From Candidatus Bathyarchaeota archaeon (GTDB lineage Archaea > Thermoproteota > Bathyarchaeia > Bathyarchaeales > Bathycorpusculaceae): a DNA stretch of 64,000 bases. Location: NCBI GenBank assembly GCA_963707955.1, contig OY970176.1:1728001-1792000 (forward strand). Direction: 5' to 3'. Below the pieces are notes generated by a model. It was not told the DNA's origin. It saw only the letters and a list, made by a program, of their open reading frames with translations, and made no database searches. Position 1 is the stretch's first letter. Every line of letters begins with the position of its first letter. The translations under genes were made by a program, and so were the position numbers. This document shows, piece by piece, positions 37,724 through 47,207 of the stretch.

Positions 37724-38602
37724 ATGACAAAATCTAATCTGCCTACGAGTATTTCACTCTGGCGAAAAATCGTTAACAAGTTAATGACCATATTAGTGAT
37801 AGTAGCCGTTGTTCTAGCCGTAGTACCCCTAATATTAATTCTCGGAGACGTTTTCATACGAGGAGGGTCAGCCATAAATCTAACGTTCTTAACTCATTTG
37901 CAGACTGCAATGAATTTTCCCGGCGGAGGAATAGCTAATGCACTAGTTGGTTCTTTTACAATGGTGGGTTTAGCTGCCCTTATTTCTATACCAATTGGTG
38001 TTGGAGCAGGTATCTTTTTTTCAGAATGGTCTTCATCTAAGCTTTCCACAGTTTCAGGTTTCATGAACGATGTGCTTACTGGATTTCCTTCAATGGTGAT
38101 AGGGCTGTTCGTTTTCGTTATAATTGTGATGACTACCAAAGAATTTTCTGCTTTTGCAGGTGCTGTCGCTTTAAGTTTCGTAATGATTCCTATTATTGCA
38201 AGGACGACAGGTGAATCTCTTAAGCTTGTTCCAATGACATTAAGAGAAGCCTCGATGGCTCTTGGAATCCCAAGATGGAAAACCGTGCTCAGCGTCGTTA
38301 TAAGTACAGGGAAAAATGGACTCTTGACTGGCATACTGTTGGCAGTGGCGCGTGCAACAGGAGAGACAGCTCCATTACTATTAACAGCGGGCTACAGCAA
38401 TTACATTGCATTAAGTTTATTTCAGCAAACAGGCTCATTAACAGTTCTCATTTACAATTACGGTACTTCTTCGAGCGCATCTTGGCAGACTCAGGCGTGG
38501 GGAGCAGCTTTAGTCCTTATACTCATCATGCTTGCACTGAATCTTTCGGTCAGGCTTATTATTGGAAGAAAACTAACAGAAACAAGGATGGTATATGTAT
38601 AG
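37724..38602 (+). CDS. pstA: Phosphate ABC transporter permease
   Basis: GGIANALVGS, PSMVIGLF, LREASMALG, ARATGETAPLL. Confidence 0.95.
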   Translation: MTKSNLPTSISLWRKIVNKLMTILVIVAVVLAVVPLILILGDVFIRGGSAINLTFLTHLQTAMNFPGGGIANALVGSFTMVGLAALISIPIGVGAGIFFSEWSSSKLSTVSGFMNDVLTGFPSMVIGLFVFVIIVMTTKEFSAFAGAVALSFVMIPIIARTTGESLKLVPMTLREASMALGIPRWKTVLSVVISTGKNGLLTGILLAVARATGETAPLLLTAGYSNYIALSLFQQTGSLTVLIYNYGTSSSASWQTQAWGAALVLILIMLALNLSVRLIIGRKLTETRMVYV

Positions 38603-38720
38603 TAAGGTGAAAGGATGAAAATTCAAAAGGCGACATACAAAATCAAGTTAGGAGGGACGATCAAAAATAAGTAACTACGAAAACCTAGGTTTATCGACGG
38701 TTAAGCTGGCAACGAAAGAC

Positions 38721-39452
38721 TTGAAAGCTAAATTTGGCAAAGTACAAGTTCTGAATGGAATCAACTTAGAGTTCCGTGAAAATAGCATAACTGCTATTAT
38801 GGGTCCTTCTGGATGTGGAAAAACTACGTTGATAAGATGCCTTAACCGGATTCACGAATTGACTCCAAACGCAAAAGTCGAAGGAGAGGTCATTTTAGAT
38901 GGAGTAAACATCTATTCTCCACGAGTTGATCCAGTTTTAATTCGCAGAAGGATAGGCATGGTCTTCCAGAAGGCCAATCCCTTTCCTACGATGTCTATAT
39001 ACGATAATGTGATAGCAGGCTTGAAACTCAGTGGTGTGAGAAATAAAGAGAAGCTCGACAGCGTGGCAGAAAGAAGTCTTCGAATGGCTTTCCTTTGGGA
39101 CGAAGTCAAAGATGATCTCAAGAAACCGGGAGTTGACTTGTCTGGGGGGCAACAGCAGAGGCTATGCATAGCGCGAGCCCTTGCGGTTGAGCCAGAAGTT
39201 ATTCTTATGGATGAGCCCTGCTCAGCTCTTGACCCAGTTGCTACCGCGAAAATTGAGGAATCAGTTATGTTGCTTAAACAGGATTATACGATAGTGATTG
39301 TGACGCATAATATGCAGCAAGCCGCACGTGTTTCGGACTTTACCGCTTTTATGTACTTAGGTGAACTTGTGGAGTTCGGTGACACAACGAGCATGTTTGA
39401 AAACCCAAAAAGTGAGTTAACAGAGAAATATCTAACTGGGAAATTTGGTTAG
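38721..39452 (+). CDS. pstB: Phosphate ABC transporter ATPase (true start probably further upstream)
   Basis: [60 protein letters not shown]. Confidence 0.95.
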   Translation: MKAKFGKVQVLNGINLEFRENSITAIMGPSGCGKTTLIRCLNRIHELTPNAKVEGEVILDGVNIYSPRVDPVLIRRRIGMVFQKANPFPTMSIYDNVIAGLKLSGVRNKEKLDSVAERSLRMAFLWDEVKDDLKKPGVDLSGGQQQRLCIARALAVEPEVILMDEPCSALDPVATAKIEESVMLLKQDYTIVIVTHNMQQAARVSDFTAFMYLGELVEFGDTTSMFENPKSELTEKYLTGKFG

Positions 39453-39462
39453 GTGAAGACGC

Positions 39463-40101
39463 ATGAGCAGATTGCTGGACGCCGGTTTAGAACAACTAAC
39501 GGCTATCGTTTTGAAGATGGGTGAGGCCGCTGAAAAAGCAGTTAGGACGTCTATCGCAGGGTTCATGGATGGCAGGGACGTAAGTGAACAAGTTAGAGAA
39601 CTGTCGGAAATGCTGGTTACGATGACCGTCAGTGTTGAAGACAAGGCATTCGAGCTGATAGTGAAGTATCAGCCTGTTGCGTCGGACTTGAGGATAATAA
39701 ATTCCTACATGAAAATCGCCTACGATTTTGAAAGGTACGGCCGCTATGCCTGGGACATCTCTTTTACCCACCGAAAATTCGCTACCTCAGAGAAATGCGC
39801 ATACTCATGGGACACCATGGAAAAGATGACCGAGAAAACGTTGCATATGGTTCGGACGAGCATAAAAGCCCTAAGAACTAATGATGGAGAATTGGTCAAG
39901 TCTCTTGCAAGCACTGAGAGCGAGGTTGACGAGATGTACTCCAACTATCTGGACAAGTTGTCAAAGGCTCCTCCTACCACAAAATGCATAGTCTGCAACC
40001 TCCTAGTAGTTAGGTACCTTGAGAGAATAGCGGACCACGCAACTTACGTTGGTGAAGCGATTTATTACATCGCAAGCGGCGAGAAAATAAGTCTAAGGTA
40101 G
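39463..40101 (+). CDS. phoU: Phosphate transport regulator PhoU
   Basis: YQPVASDLR, DFERYGRYA, RYLERIADHA. Confidence 0.92.
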   Translation: MSRLLDAGLEQLTAIVLKMGEAAEKAVRTSIAGFMDGRDVSEQVRELSEMLVTMTVSVEDKAFELIVKYQPVASDLRIINSYMKIAYDFERYGRYAWDISFTHRKFATSEKCAYSWDTMEKMTEKTLHMVRTSIKALRTNDGELVKSLASTESEVDEMYSNYLDKLSKAPPTTKCIVCNLLVVRYLERIADHATYVGEAIYYIASGEKISLR

Positions 40102-40177
40102 AACTTGCTGCGAGGTTTTGGTCCTGAGAAAGGTTATAAGCACATGTGGAAAGGTAGTTTTAGCGGAGATGTAGAAC

Positions 40178-40846
40178 TTGGAAAGAAGAAGCTATGCATG
40201 GTTTGAAAAGCGTCGCAGGACAAAAGCTTTGGACTTAGCTCAAGAGCAGATAGCGAAAGCAATCGACACTGTAACCCTGTTACATCAGGCAACGAAGGGC
40301 ATTGCAGAAGGGAAGACAAAAGAAGCGATGCAGCGAATTGAGATTCTCTTCAAGACTGAAGAAGAGGTGGACCGTCTGCGAATGGACGTTTTCAAGGAGC
40401 TGTCAAAGGGTGCGGCCTTGGTTGCTGACTATCGTGAGGACCTGCTTCATCTTGTTAAAAGGCTCGACACTCTAGCTGATGATGTGAAGGACGCAGCAAG
40501 ATGCATGGAAATGCTCGCAGACACTCAGATTCCGCAGGAACTCTGCGAAAACACGGTGTGTATGACATCGGACCTGGTCGATTGCGCCCGTGCCCTACAT
40601 AACAGCATCGAGAAGATCTCGGTGGCTCCGGCAGAAGCAACAGAAGGTTCCAAAAAAGTCGAAGAGATTGAGCATCGAATTGACGACGATTATCTCAAGA
40701 CAAAGAAATTGTTCATCAAATACGGAGGGCAGATGAACGCGGGCACAATGGTAATCTTCGACGATTTGATCGAGTTCATCGAACAGGCTGCTGACATGTG
40801 TGCAGACACGGCTGACTACATCGTCATACTTTCCAACAGGGAATAG
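40178..40846 (+). CDS. DUF47 (PhoU-like) phosphate transport regulator
   Basis: EEEVDRLR...REDLLHLVKRLD.LAD, EHRIDD, IEQAADMCADTAD. Confidence 0.85.
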   Translation: MERRSYAWFEKRRRTKALDLAQEQIAKAIDTVTLLHQATKGIAEGKTKEAMQRIEILFKTEEEVDRLRMDVFKELSKGAALVADYREDLLHLVKRLDTLADDVKDAARCMEMLADTQIPQELCENTVCMTSDLVDCARALHNSIEKISVAPAEATEGSKKVEEIEHRIDDDYLKTKKLFIKYGGQMNAGTMVIFDDLIEFIEQAADMCADTADYIVILSNRE

Positions 40847-41012
40847 CGCGCGCGAGTTGGAAAATCTATAGATTGAAAATCCCGCGTGTGTCGTGGCTAC
40901 TTCGCCAGTGCAGTTGAACGTTGAAGTGATAACTGATCCCGCAGAAGTTCTGAGGTTTGTCGCTCAGGATGGTACGCACAAATCGTGTGTCCGCTCGCGT
41001 CTAACTAAAGTC

Positions 41013-41043
41013 AAACAAAGAAAGAAAAGGCGAGGTACTCGCC
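41013..41043 (-). terminator. Hairpin plus U-tract terminator downstream of alba
   Basis: Minus strand reads GGCGAG-TAC-CTCGCC-TTTTCTTTCTTTGTTT. Confidence 0.6.
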
Positions 41044-41077
41044 AAATGGGTACTTGGTTTTTTTAGGATTTCTGTTT

Positions 41078-41365
41078 CTAATCCTTTGCCAGCGTTATTT
41101 CCATTGTAGAAACCGCTCTTGCACCGCTTTCGCCTTCCCTGGCGGGCATCTGCTCTGTTCCTATGGCGATCTTTGAAACCTTCAGGTCCTTGAGGAAGCG
41201 GCTTCTCGTTATCTCAGCAACGTCCACCGCTGTCGTGATTGCTTGTCCTCTTGCCTTCAGTGTTATCTCTTTGCTGTTGGATGCCGATAGGCTGGTTATG
41301 ATCGCCAAGACGTAGCTCATTGCTGGTTTCCTGCCAATGAAAACAATCTTCGCACTTTCTGACAT
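41078..41365 (-). CDS. albA: DNA/RNA-binding chromatin protein Alba
   Basis: VFIGRKPAMSYVLA, LKARGQAITTAVDVAE, VSTMEITL. Confidence 0.95.
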   Translation of the reverse strand: MSESAKIVFIGRKPAMSYVLAIITSLSASNSKEITLKARGQAITTAVDVAEITRSRFLKDLKVSKIAIGTEQMPAREGESGARAVSTMEITLAKD

Positions 41366-41690
41366 TTTTCTTCACTCCTTTTGTTTTTAATTGTGTGTAG
41401 CGTTGTGTCTCTGTCTCATGTTCTCAACAGAACGCTACCGCGCCTTAATAATGCGCAACTCTCCTTTATAAACGCGATGAAAACAAACTTCTATTCGATT
41501 CCTCTATACAAAATCTGCTCAAGGACCGTCAATGATCAAGATTGGTTGCTCCACCATCCGTGTTGCCACACATTTACTCGTTTATAGTCTGAAGTTAGTT
41601 TTTTCTGTGAAATTCGTGGACGCGAGACAATGACAAGTCTCTTATGTTGTAACTCGACTGATAACAGGAGGCTGAGAGGTGAATTCACTG

Positions 41691-41996
41691 ATGGGGTTTG
41701 TGAAAGTAGCTTCGACAAAGGACCTGAAACCGGGTGAAATGATCGATGCTGGCGCGGGAGAAAAAGAGATCTGTGTTGCCAACATGGGAGGCAAGTACTA
41801 CGCGATTGGCAATCGTTGCACGCATATGGGTTGCTTGCTTTCAGACGGTACGCTGAGGGGAGAGAACGTAACGTGTCCGTGTCACGGTTCAGTTTTCAAC
41901 GTTCTAACGGGAGCCGTGGTGAAAGGACCTGCACAAAAATCTGAACCCGCATATGGAGTAAGGATAGAAGAAGACCAGGTCTTGATCGACGTGTGA
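41691..41996 (+). CDS. Rieske-type [2Fe-2S] ferredoxin
   Basis: CTHMGC ... CPCHGSVF. Confidence 0.92.
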   Translation: MGFVKVASTKDLKPGEMIDAGAGEKEICVANMGGKYYAIGNRCTHMGCLLSDGTLRGENVTCPCHGSVFNVLTGAVVKGPAQKSEPAYGVRIEEDQVLIDV

Positions 41997-42036
41997 ATGG
42001 GCAGCTGCGCCGTTTAAGCAAGCACACCGAGTGAGT

Positions 42037-43470
42037 CTATAGGCTTTTTAGGAAGCCTCTGGTAACGTCTCTCGCGGATTGAAGAAGTGGGTGTTTTATT
42101 TCTGTTAGAGCTCCAAACTTTCTCAGTCTGTCGACTCTGAAGTAGATAGGCGGATGTGGATCAAAGCTTATCCATTCTTGAATGCGATACGAGGGGATCC
42201 GCTCATTGAGAAGTCTTTTGAACCCTATTTCTTCTAGGGCGTTGGCCAGAATGTTGGGTTGTCCCATCACCATCGCTGACGTTAAGTCTGCTCTTGCTTC
42301 GAAGAACTTGGCGATGAAATACGTGATCGTCGACAGCACCCAGAAATATATGAGGAGAAGAATAAGGGAGCTTGTGGGAAAGAATCCGAAGATCACGTAG
42401 AACCATAGAAGGTATTGGACAGCAGATAGTCCGTAGAGCCAGAAGGGATCACGTCCCCTTAGGTGTCCAAATTCGTGTCCTAGGACGCTGAGAAGCTCGT
42501 CTTCCTCAAGTTGTACGAGAGCCCCCGTAGTAATTAAAACTACTCCTCGGCTTGGGCTTGGGCCAGAGGCAGCTGCGTTAGGAGCCAAAGTGTTGGTTAC
42601 CACGATCTTGGGCACTTTAAAATGGAATTTGTCTGCCACCTTTTTCACTAGTTCGTAAACATTCACTTTTGTTGAAGACAGATTCTCTGGGCTGCACTCA
42701 AGCCCATACTTTTTAAAAATCTGCCCAGTCGTCTCGCAGTTGATTTCCCCGTTCTTGGCGATTGTCTCTTGATAAATCTCTTTCTTCATTTCGGCAACCT
42801 TTTCAGGAGGGTACTTCTGCCTGAAACCGTCCTGTTCTTCAACCGGCAGGCTGTATTCAAGAATATGTATGGTCGGGTTCTCTTCGGTGATTCGCCAGTC
42901 TGACGTTCTTTCAATAAACTTTGGTGAATACACCACGAAGATGAACATAAGCACCAGCAGGACAATCGGCGTGTACGGGCCGATAAGGAAGAACAGGAAC
43001 AAGCCTAGCGTGATGAATATGACGAAGAGGAAAACTTGCGTCTCGAGAAAAATGCGGTTCAACGGTTTCCTTTCCTTGCCAGACATCTTTTCTGGCACAA
43101 TCCTCTCACCTTCTCGCCACGCAAAGAAGAGTGTGCCCCCTCTAACCTTTTCTTCAAATGATTCAACTGAGATCACGAGGTCCTGCCTAACTTGGGTCAT
43201 CGTTTCTTCCGAGACGTTCTCACTTAACGGCGTCATGTTTACGTCAATCGGCTTCCCACCCTTGACCGCTACTTCTAGAACGCGTGTTCCAGACTGATCC
43301 AAGGTTGTGAAGGTGAGGGAAGAACGGCCGTCGACTGTGGCTCTTGAGATGTTGGCAAACCTTTGTTGTTGGGGCATGAGATATTTTTGATAAATGAAGT
43401 CCAACAAGTTTCCCATGTAGCTTTCGGGAATTTCCATGTCAATCGAGAAGGAAACAGCTTTGTTGGACAT
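42037..43470 (-). CDS. M48 (HtpX-like) membrane zinc metalloprotease with long N-terminal extension
   Basis: PNAAASG, LGHEFGHL, EARAD, HPP. Confidence 0.88.
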   Translation of the reverse strand: MSNKAVSFSIDMEIPESYMGNLLDFIYQKYLMPQQQRFANISRATVDGRSSLTFTTLDQSGTRVLEVAVKGGKPIDVNMTPLSENVSEETMTQVRQDLVISVESFEEKVRGGTLFFAWREGERIVPEKMSGKERKPLNRIFLETQVFLFVIFITLGLFLFFLIGPYTPIVLLVLMFIFVVYSPKFIERTSDWRITEENPTIHILEYSLPVEEQDGFRQKYPPEKVAEMKKEIYQETIAKNGEINCETTGQIFKKYGLECSPENLSSTKVNVYELVKKVADKFHFKVPKIVVTNTLAPNAAASGPSPSRGVVLITTGALVQLEEDELLSVLGHEFGHLRGRDPFWLYGLSAVQYLLWFYVIFGFFPTSSLILLLIYFWVLSTITYFIAKFFEARADLTSAMVMGQPNILANALEEIGFKRLLNERIPSYRIQEWISFDPHPPIYFRVDRLRKFGALTEIKHPLLQSARDVTRGFLKSL

Positions 43471-43569
43471 TTCTGTTCATCTTTCAGCCGCGTATACATT
43501 TCAGTCTCTTACCAACATGTTCATTATAAAGTTGACCGTTAGACAGGCACAGCCGGAGCAGTCGGGAAT

Positions 43570-44181
43570 CTATTGCTGTTCCATGAAAGCGACAAATTCT
43601 TGAAGGGTGCGTTTTTGAAGTGTGTAGTTCGACCGCCTTTCTTCACCGATTGTTGAGTTGGGCTTCGGTCCGTAGTCGTGTCCCGGATAGACTTCGACGT
43701 TGTCGTCAAGTTTCATCAGCTTGTCAAAGAGGTTGTGATACATGTCCTCAGAACTTCCGTCGCCAAAATCTGTTCTTCCGCACTCGCCTACGAAGAGAGT
43801 GTCACCGGTGAGTACTTTGCCATCGACCAGTAAGCATATGCTATCTCGGCTGTGTCCTGGGGTGTGAACGACCTTGATTAAGACTTTGCCAAGCTTCAAA
43901 ATGTCGCCTTCAACCACTGCTGTGTCCTTCCTAGCTTTTGAGAGCTTGTGGGCGACGATTTTTGCGCCGAAGGCTGACCTGATGTCTTCATTGCCCGCCG
44001 TGTGGTCCCCGTGACTGTGCGTGTTTATGACATACTTAGCCGTCAGGTTCTGGCTGTGCAACAAAAGGCTTATTGCGTCGACGTTATAACTGGGGTCAAC
44101 GACCGCGGCTTCTCTGCTGTCCTCATCTGCGATGACATAGGAGAAGTTGTCGCCTCGATATTTGATCTGTTTAAAAAACAT
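43570..44181 (-). CDS. Metallo-beta-lactamase-fold hydrolase (glyoxalase II/ETHE1-like)
   Basis: THSHGDH, HTPGHS, TGDTLF, GRTD, YPGHDYG. Confidence 0.92.
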   Translation of the reverse strand: MFFKQIKYRGDNFSYVIADEDSREAAVVDPSYNVDAISLLLHSQNLTAKYVINTHSHGDHTAGNEDIRSAFGAKIVAHKLSKARKDTAVVEGDILKLGKVLIKVVHTPGHSRDSICLLVDGKVLTGDTLFVGECGRTDFGDGSSEDMYHNLFDKLMKLDDNVEVYPGHDYGPKPNSTIGEERRSNYTLQKRTLQEFVAFMEQQ

Positions 44182-44202
44182 GGTAGACACCATCATGCTA
44201 TA

Positions 44203-45579
44203 CTATTCTTTCCGAATATATTGTTCTGTTGGAAGATGCTCCACCTTCATTCCTAGGTCAGCCAGATCCTTCAAGTTTCCAACGCATCCGACGCTTGCGT
44301 CAATGTTGCGGTGTACAGGATGGAACCACATGTTCTTTGGCACGAGGTTGAACTGTAAAGGAATCCTGACTGTGACGCCGTATTTTTCGTTCAGATCCTT
44401 GAACAAGGAACCTGTTGAGCATGCCAGTCGCGTCGTAGTATAGCTCTTCAACAACTCTGAAGCGCCGAAGGCTCCGATGCCGTGCCACAGAACAGCGTTT
44501 TCCGGTGACGTCAGAGAGTACAGGAAGAACTGGGGTGAAGACGGCGTTTCCTTGAAGTTGTAATTCACCAACTTTTCACCTTCCACCGTGAAACTGTCAT
44601 CAGCTTTTGCCAGGCTGATGTCAGAAGGGTCGATCGCATTCGGGTAAAGCAGCGTCGTTCGATAGTCAACTTTGACGCTTTTGAGCTTGGCCCCGTCGAA
44701 GTAGATCCTCCCTCTAACGGCACGTTTTGACCCATAGCCCTTCGGCGAATGTGGAACCGTTAAAAGTGTGGTCAGGTTCTTCATGCTTCTGCCCATGCAT
44801 CTGTAAACTAGCTCAACCGACGAATAGTCCTTGTGAGCCTCTCTTATGATGTAGTGCAGCAAGCCGTCTGATGACTCTTTTTCCAGAGCACTCAGTGGCA
44901 ACCGCATCGAGTAAAGAAGTAGGTCGATGCCGAAAGCCTCTGACAGTTTTTCTAAGTGTTCGTATTTCACGGCGTCTATCATGTCCACGTAGCTGTTGTT
45001 GCAGGACTTGAGGTGGCGGTCTATCCTTTCAACTTCGCCCTTGCAGAAAAGTGACCCTTCATATTTCTGTGCGAACTGCTGGTCTATCTCAAGTTTCTCT
45101 GTTTTCACAGCAGCGGCCGGAAAGGCACTTTGGCCGCTGTTCACTATAGACTCTTTGAGCGGGTTCATCGAATACCTGTCAGCCTCGATATCGTCGGTGT
45201 TCAGCAGGAAAGAGACGACGACTCCATCAGGAGGCTTTTTCAGCAATGCGCATATTTCTTCCGTGTCCTGCACGGTCGGCTCATGCAACCCACGCTGGTG
45301 AAAGTAGTTGGCGCAGACCTCAAGCAGACGTGTGGCTATGATTCCCTGAACCTCTTCAACCGTGAGCTGCGGGTTTGAGTACTCAACTGAGCATCTTAGG
45401 AAGAAGTGTGAGCCGTCAGGCGTGACGTCGTTTCTCTGCCCTTTCTTGAGGTAATACAGGTTGACGGGTTTTCTTCTATCCTCTTTGAACGTGCCGAGTT
45501 CTCGCACTAGGGCCTCGACACAAGGCCATGAACTCTTCAGAAAGTCTTCAACGATTATTCTGCACAGGTTGGACGACAA
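44203..45579 (-). CDS. Hypothetical protein, 458 aa, soluble
   Basis: Long ORF with host-like composition, closely packed between the GNAT and MBL genes; no motif recognised. Confidence 0.8.
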   Translation of the reverse strand: MSSNLCRIIVEDFLKSSWPCVEALVRELGTFKEDRRKPVNLYYLKKGQRNDVTPDGSHFFLRCSVEYSNPQLTVEEVQGIIATRLLEVCANYFHQRGLHEPTVQDTEEICALLKKPPDGVVVSFLLNTDDIEADRYSMNPLKESIVNSGQSAFPAAAVKTEKLEIDQQFAQKYEGSLFCKGEVERIDRHLKSCNNSYVDMIDAVKYEHLEKLSEAFGIDLLLYSMRLPLSALEKESSDGLLHYIIREAHKDYSSVELVYRCMGRSMKNLTTLLTVPHSPKGYGSKRAVRGRIYFDGAKLKSVKVDYRTTLLYPNAIDPSDISLAKADDSFTVEGEKLVNYNFKETPSSPQFFLYSLTSPENAVLWHGIGAFGASELLKSYTTTRLACSTGSLFKDLNEKYGVTVRIPLQFNLVPKNMWFHPVHRNIDASVGCVGNLKDLADLGMKVEHLPTEQYIRKE

Positions 45580-45586
45580 CTAATAA

Positions 45587-46429
45587 TCACCCTCTCTCCA
45601 AAGATTCGGCCATGTAGACGCAATCCTCAGTGGCCGATGGACCATGGAACATCCTTTCCACGCTGAAGCTTTCATGAAAGCCAGATTCCTGCAACATGGA
45701 AACAATCCGCTTTTCCCTTTTCGGAACAAACACAGACGCTTCGAGACCCTCCAGCGCGCTTAAAGTAGCTCTTAACAGATCGACTGCCGTCTTGGCCTGT
45801 CCCCTCTTACACGCTAGGGGCCCCAATTCAGCCAATCCCCTGTACACTTTTGCGACCGCGAACCCCGAGATCTGCCCATCTTCGGTAGATACGAAGCATA
45901 GATTGTCACGGTCCATGAGAATCGGTTCAAGCATCTTTCTGCGGGATGCGCCGAAACAAGACTGGTCAAAGGCGATGACCTCCGCCAGTTCTTGTTTTGC
46001 AGCTTTCCTCACATTAGCCCCGAATGGCGAAGAAAAGCCTTTTCCCTTCAACACTGTGAACTCAGAGTCGCATTCAAAGCCGAGTCTCTTGTAGAACGGG
46101 ATTTTCTCGATGTACGCGTACAAGCCGACGGTGTCAACGTTTTTTTCTGTCAAGTACTTAAGAGCGTGCTTGACCAGCAGTGTTCCTCCACCCTTATTCC
46201 TTTTGCTCTCATCAACGATGAGGTTTCCAAACCAGCCGAGCTTGCTAAAGCTCACGGTGGTAGCGATTCCCACCCTGTCCGAATTGTCAAGAAGCACAAA
46301 ACACCCCTCTGGTTCCAACTCCATCATGAATTCAAAGTCTTGCTCCGCCAACCCCCAGCCCATCAGGCCGGTGATGCGGACGGCGAACTCGAAATCTGCC
46401 CTTGACATGTTCCTTGCGTGAAACACCAT
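45587..46429 (-). CDS. GNAT-family N-acetyltransferase (tandem GNAT)
   Basis: LIVDESKRNKGGGTLLV, FYKRLGF, ELGPL. Confidence 0.88.
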   Translation of the reverse strand: MVFHARNMSRADFEFAVRITGLMGWGLAEQDFEFMMELEPEGCFVLLDNSDRVGIATTVSFSKLGWFGNLIVDESKRNKGGGTLLVKHALKYLTEKNVDTVGLYAYIEKIPFYKRLGFECDSEFTVLKGKGFSSPFGANVRKAAKQELAEVIAFDQSCFGASRRKMLEPILMDRDNLCFVSTEDGQISGFAVAKVYRGLAELGPLACKRGQAKTAVDLLRATLSALEGLEASVFVPKREKRIVSMLQESGFHESFSVERMFHGPSATEDCVYMAESLERG

Positions 46430-46550
46430 ACGCTAGCCCTCTTCACGATGGATTGACGATTCTCAAGACTTATACGAGAGGATAAACTTTACTAACGTAC
46501 TCTGTTCATGATGAAGACCACAGGAAGGACAAACAACGGTAACGCCACGC

Positions 46551-47066
46551 TTGCACGTGAGAATAGTCCGCAAGGCTCCAGTATCGACATACCCGTTCAA
46601 AGATTACTTCAGCGGTTTCGACACGGTTGAAGCCGTGAAAAGGATCTTCGGCGAAAAGACGGATGAGGTTCTGTCAAATCTGAGGGTTGAGTTCATTGGG
46701 AGAAGAGGCTACATGGGCGTCAGCGAGGTCGACGGGCACCTTATAGCCAGCGCAGACTATTTATGCAGAGGCAACAGGGTCGACATATACCTCGACATAA
46801 TCCATGAGTTAGTTCACGTTAAGCAGTTTGCCGAAGGGAAGGAGCTTTTTGACCACAACTACTCCTACACAGAAAGGCCGACAGAGGTCGAGGCCTACCG
46901 GTGTGCAGTTGAGGAGGCAAGAAGACTGGGGATGAGTGACAAGAGAATCTGTGCTTACCTGAAGACCGAGTGGATGAGTGACGACGACTTCAGGCGGCTC
47001 GCGAAGGCCGTAAACGTCCGCTGCGCGAAAAGACCGGGAAACAGAAGTATCCACAGAGCCAGTTAA
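46551..47066 (+). CDS. Hypothetical protein with zincin-like HExxH motif
   Basis: IIHELVHVKQ ... PTEVEAY. Confidence 0.7.
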   Translation: MHVRIVRKAPVSTYPFKDYFSGFDTVEAVKRIFGEKTDEVLSNLRVEFIGRRGYMGVSEVDGHLIASADYLCRGNRVDIYLDIIHELVHVKQFAEGKELFDHNYSYTERPTEVEAYRCAVEEARRLGMSDKRICAYLKTEWMSDDDFRRLAKAVNVRCAKRPGNRSIHRAS

Positions 47067-47207
47067 CGGCATTTGTGTTATTAGAAAAAGGACAAGCTGA
47101 AGACCGCAAGAGACTAGTGGCGGAATTTAATCCGTAGCTACTCCAAAAGAGCAATATTTCGATTCTGCAGAGTTACTGGTGGGAATAAGGATGTTGAACG
47201 TTGCGAC

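Noticed and set aside
40893-41066. ~57-codon plus-strand ORF after the DUF47 gene
   Set aside because: No SD-like site; its basic tail is simply the antisense of the alba terminator.
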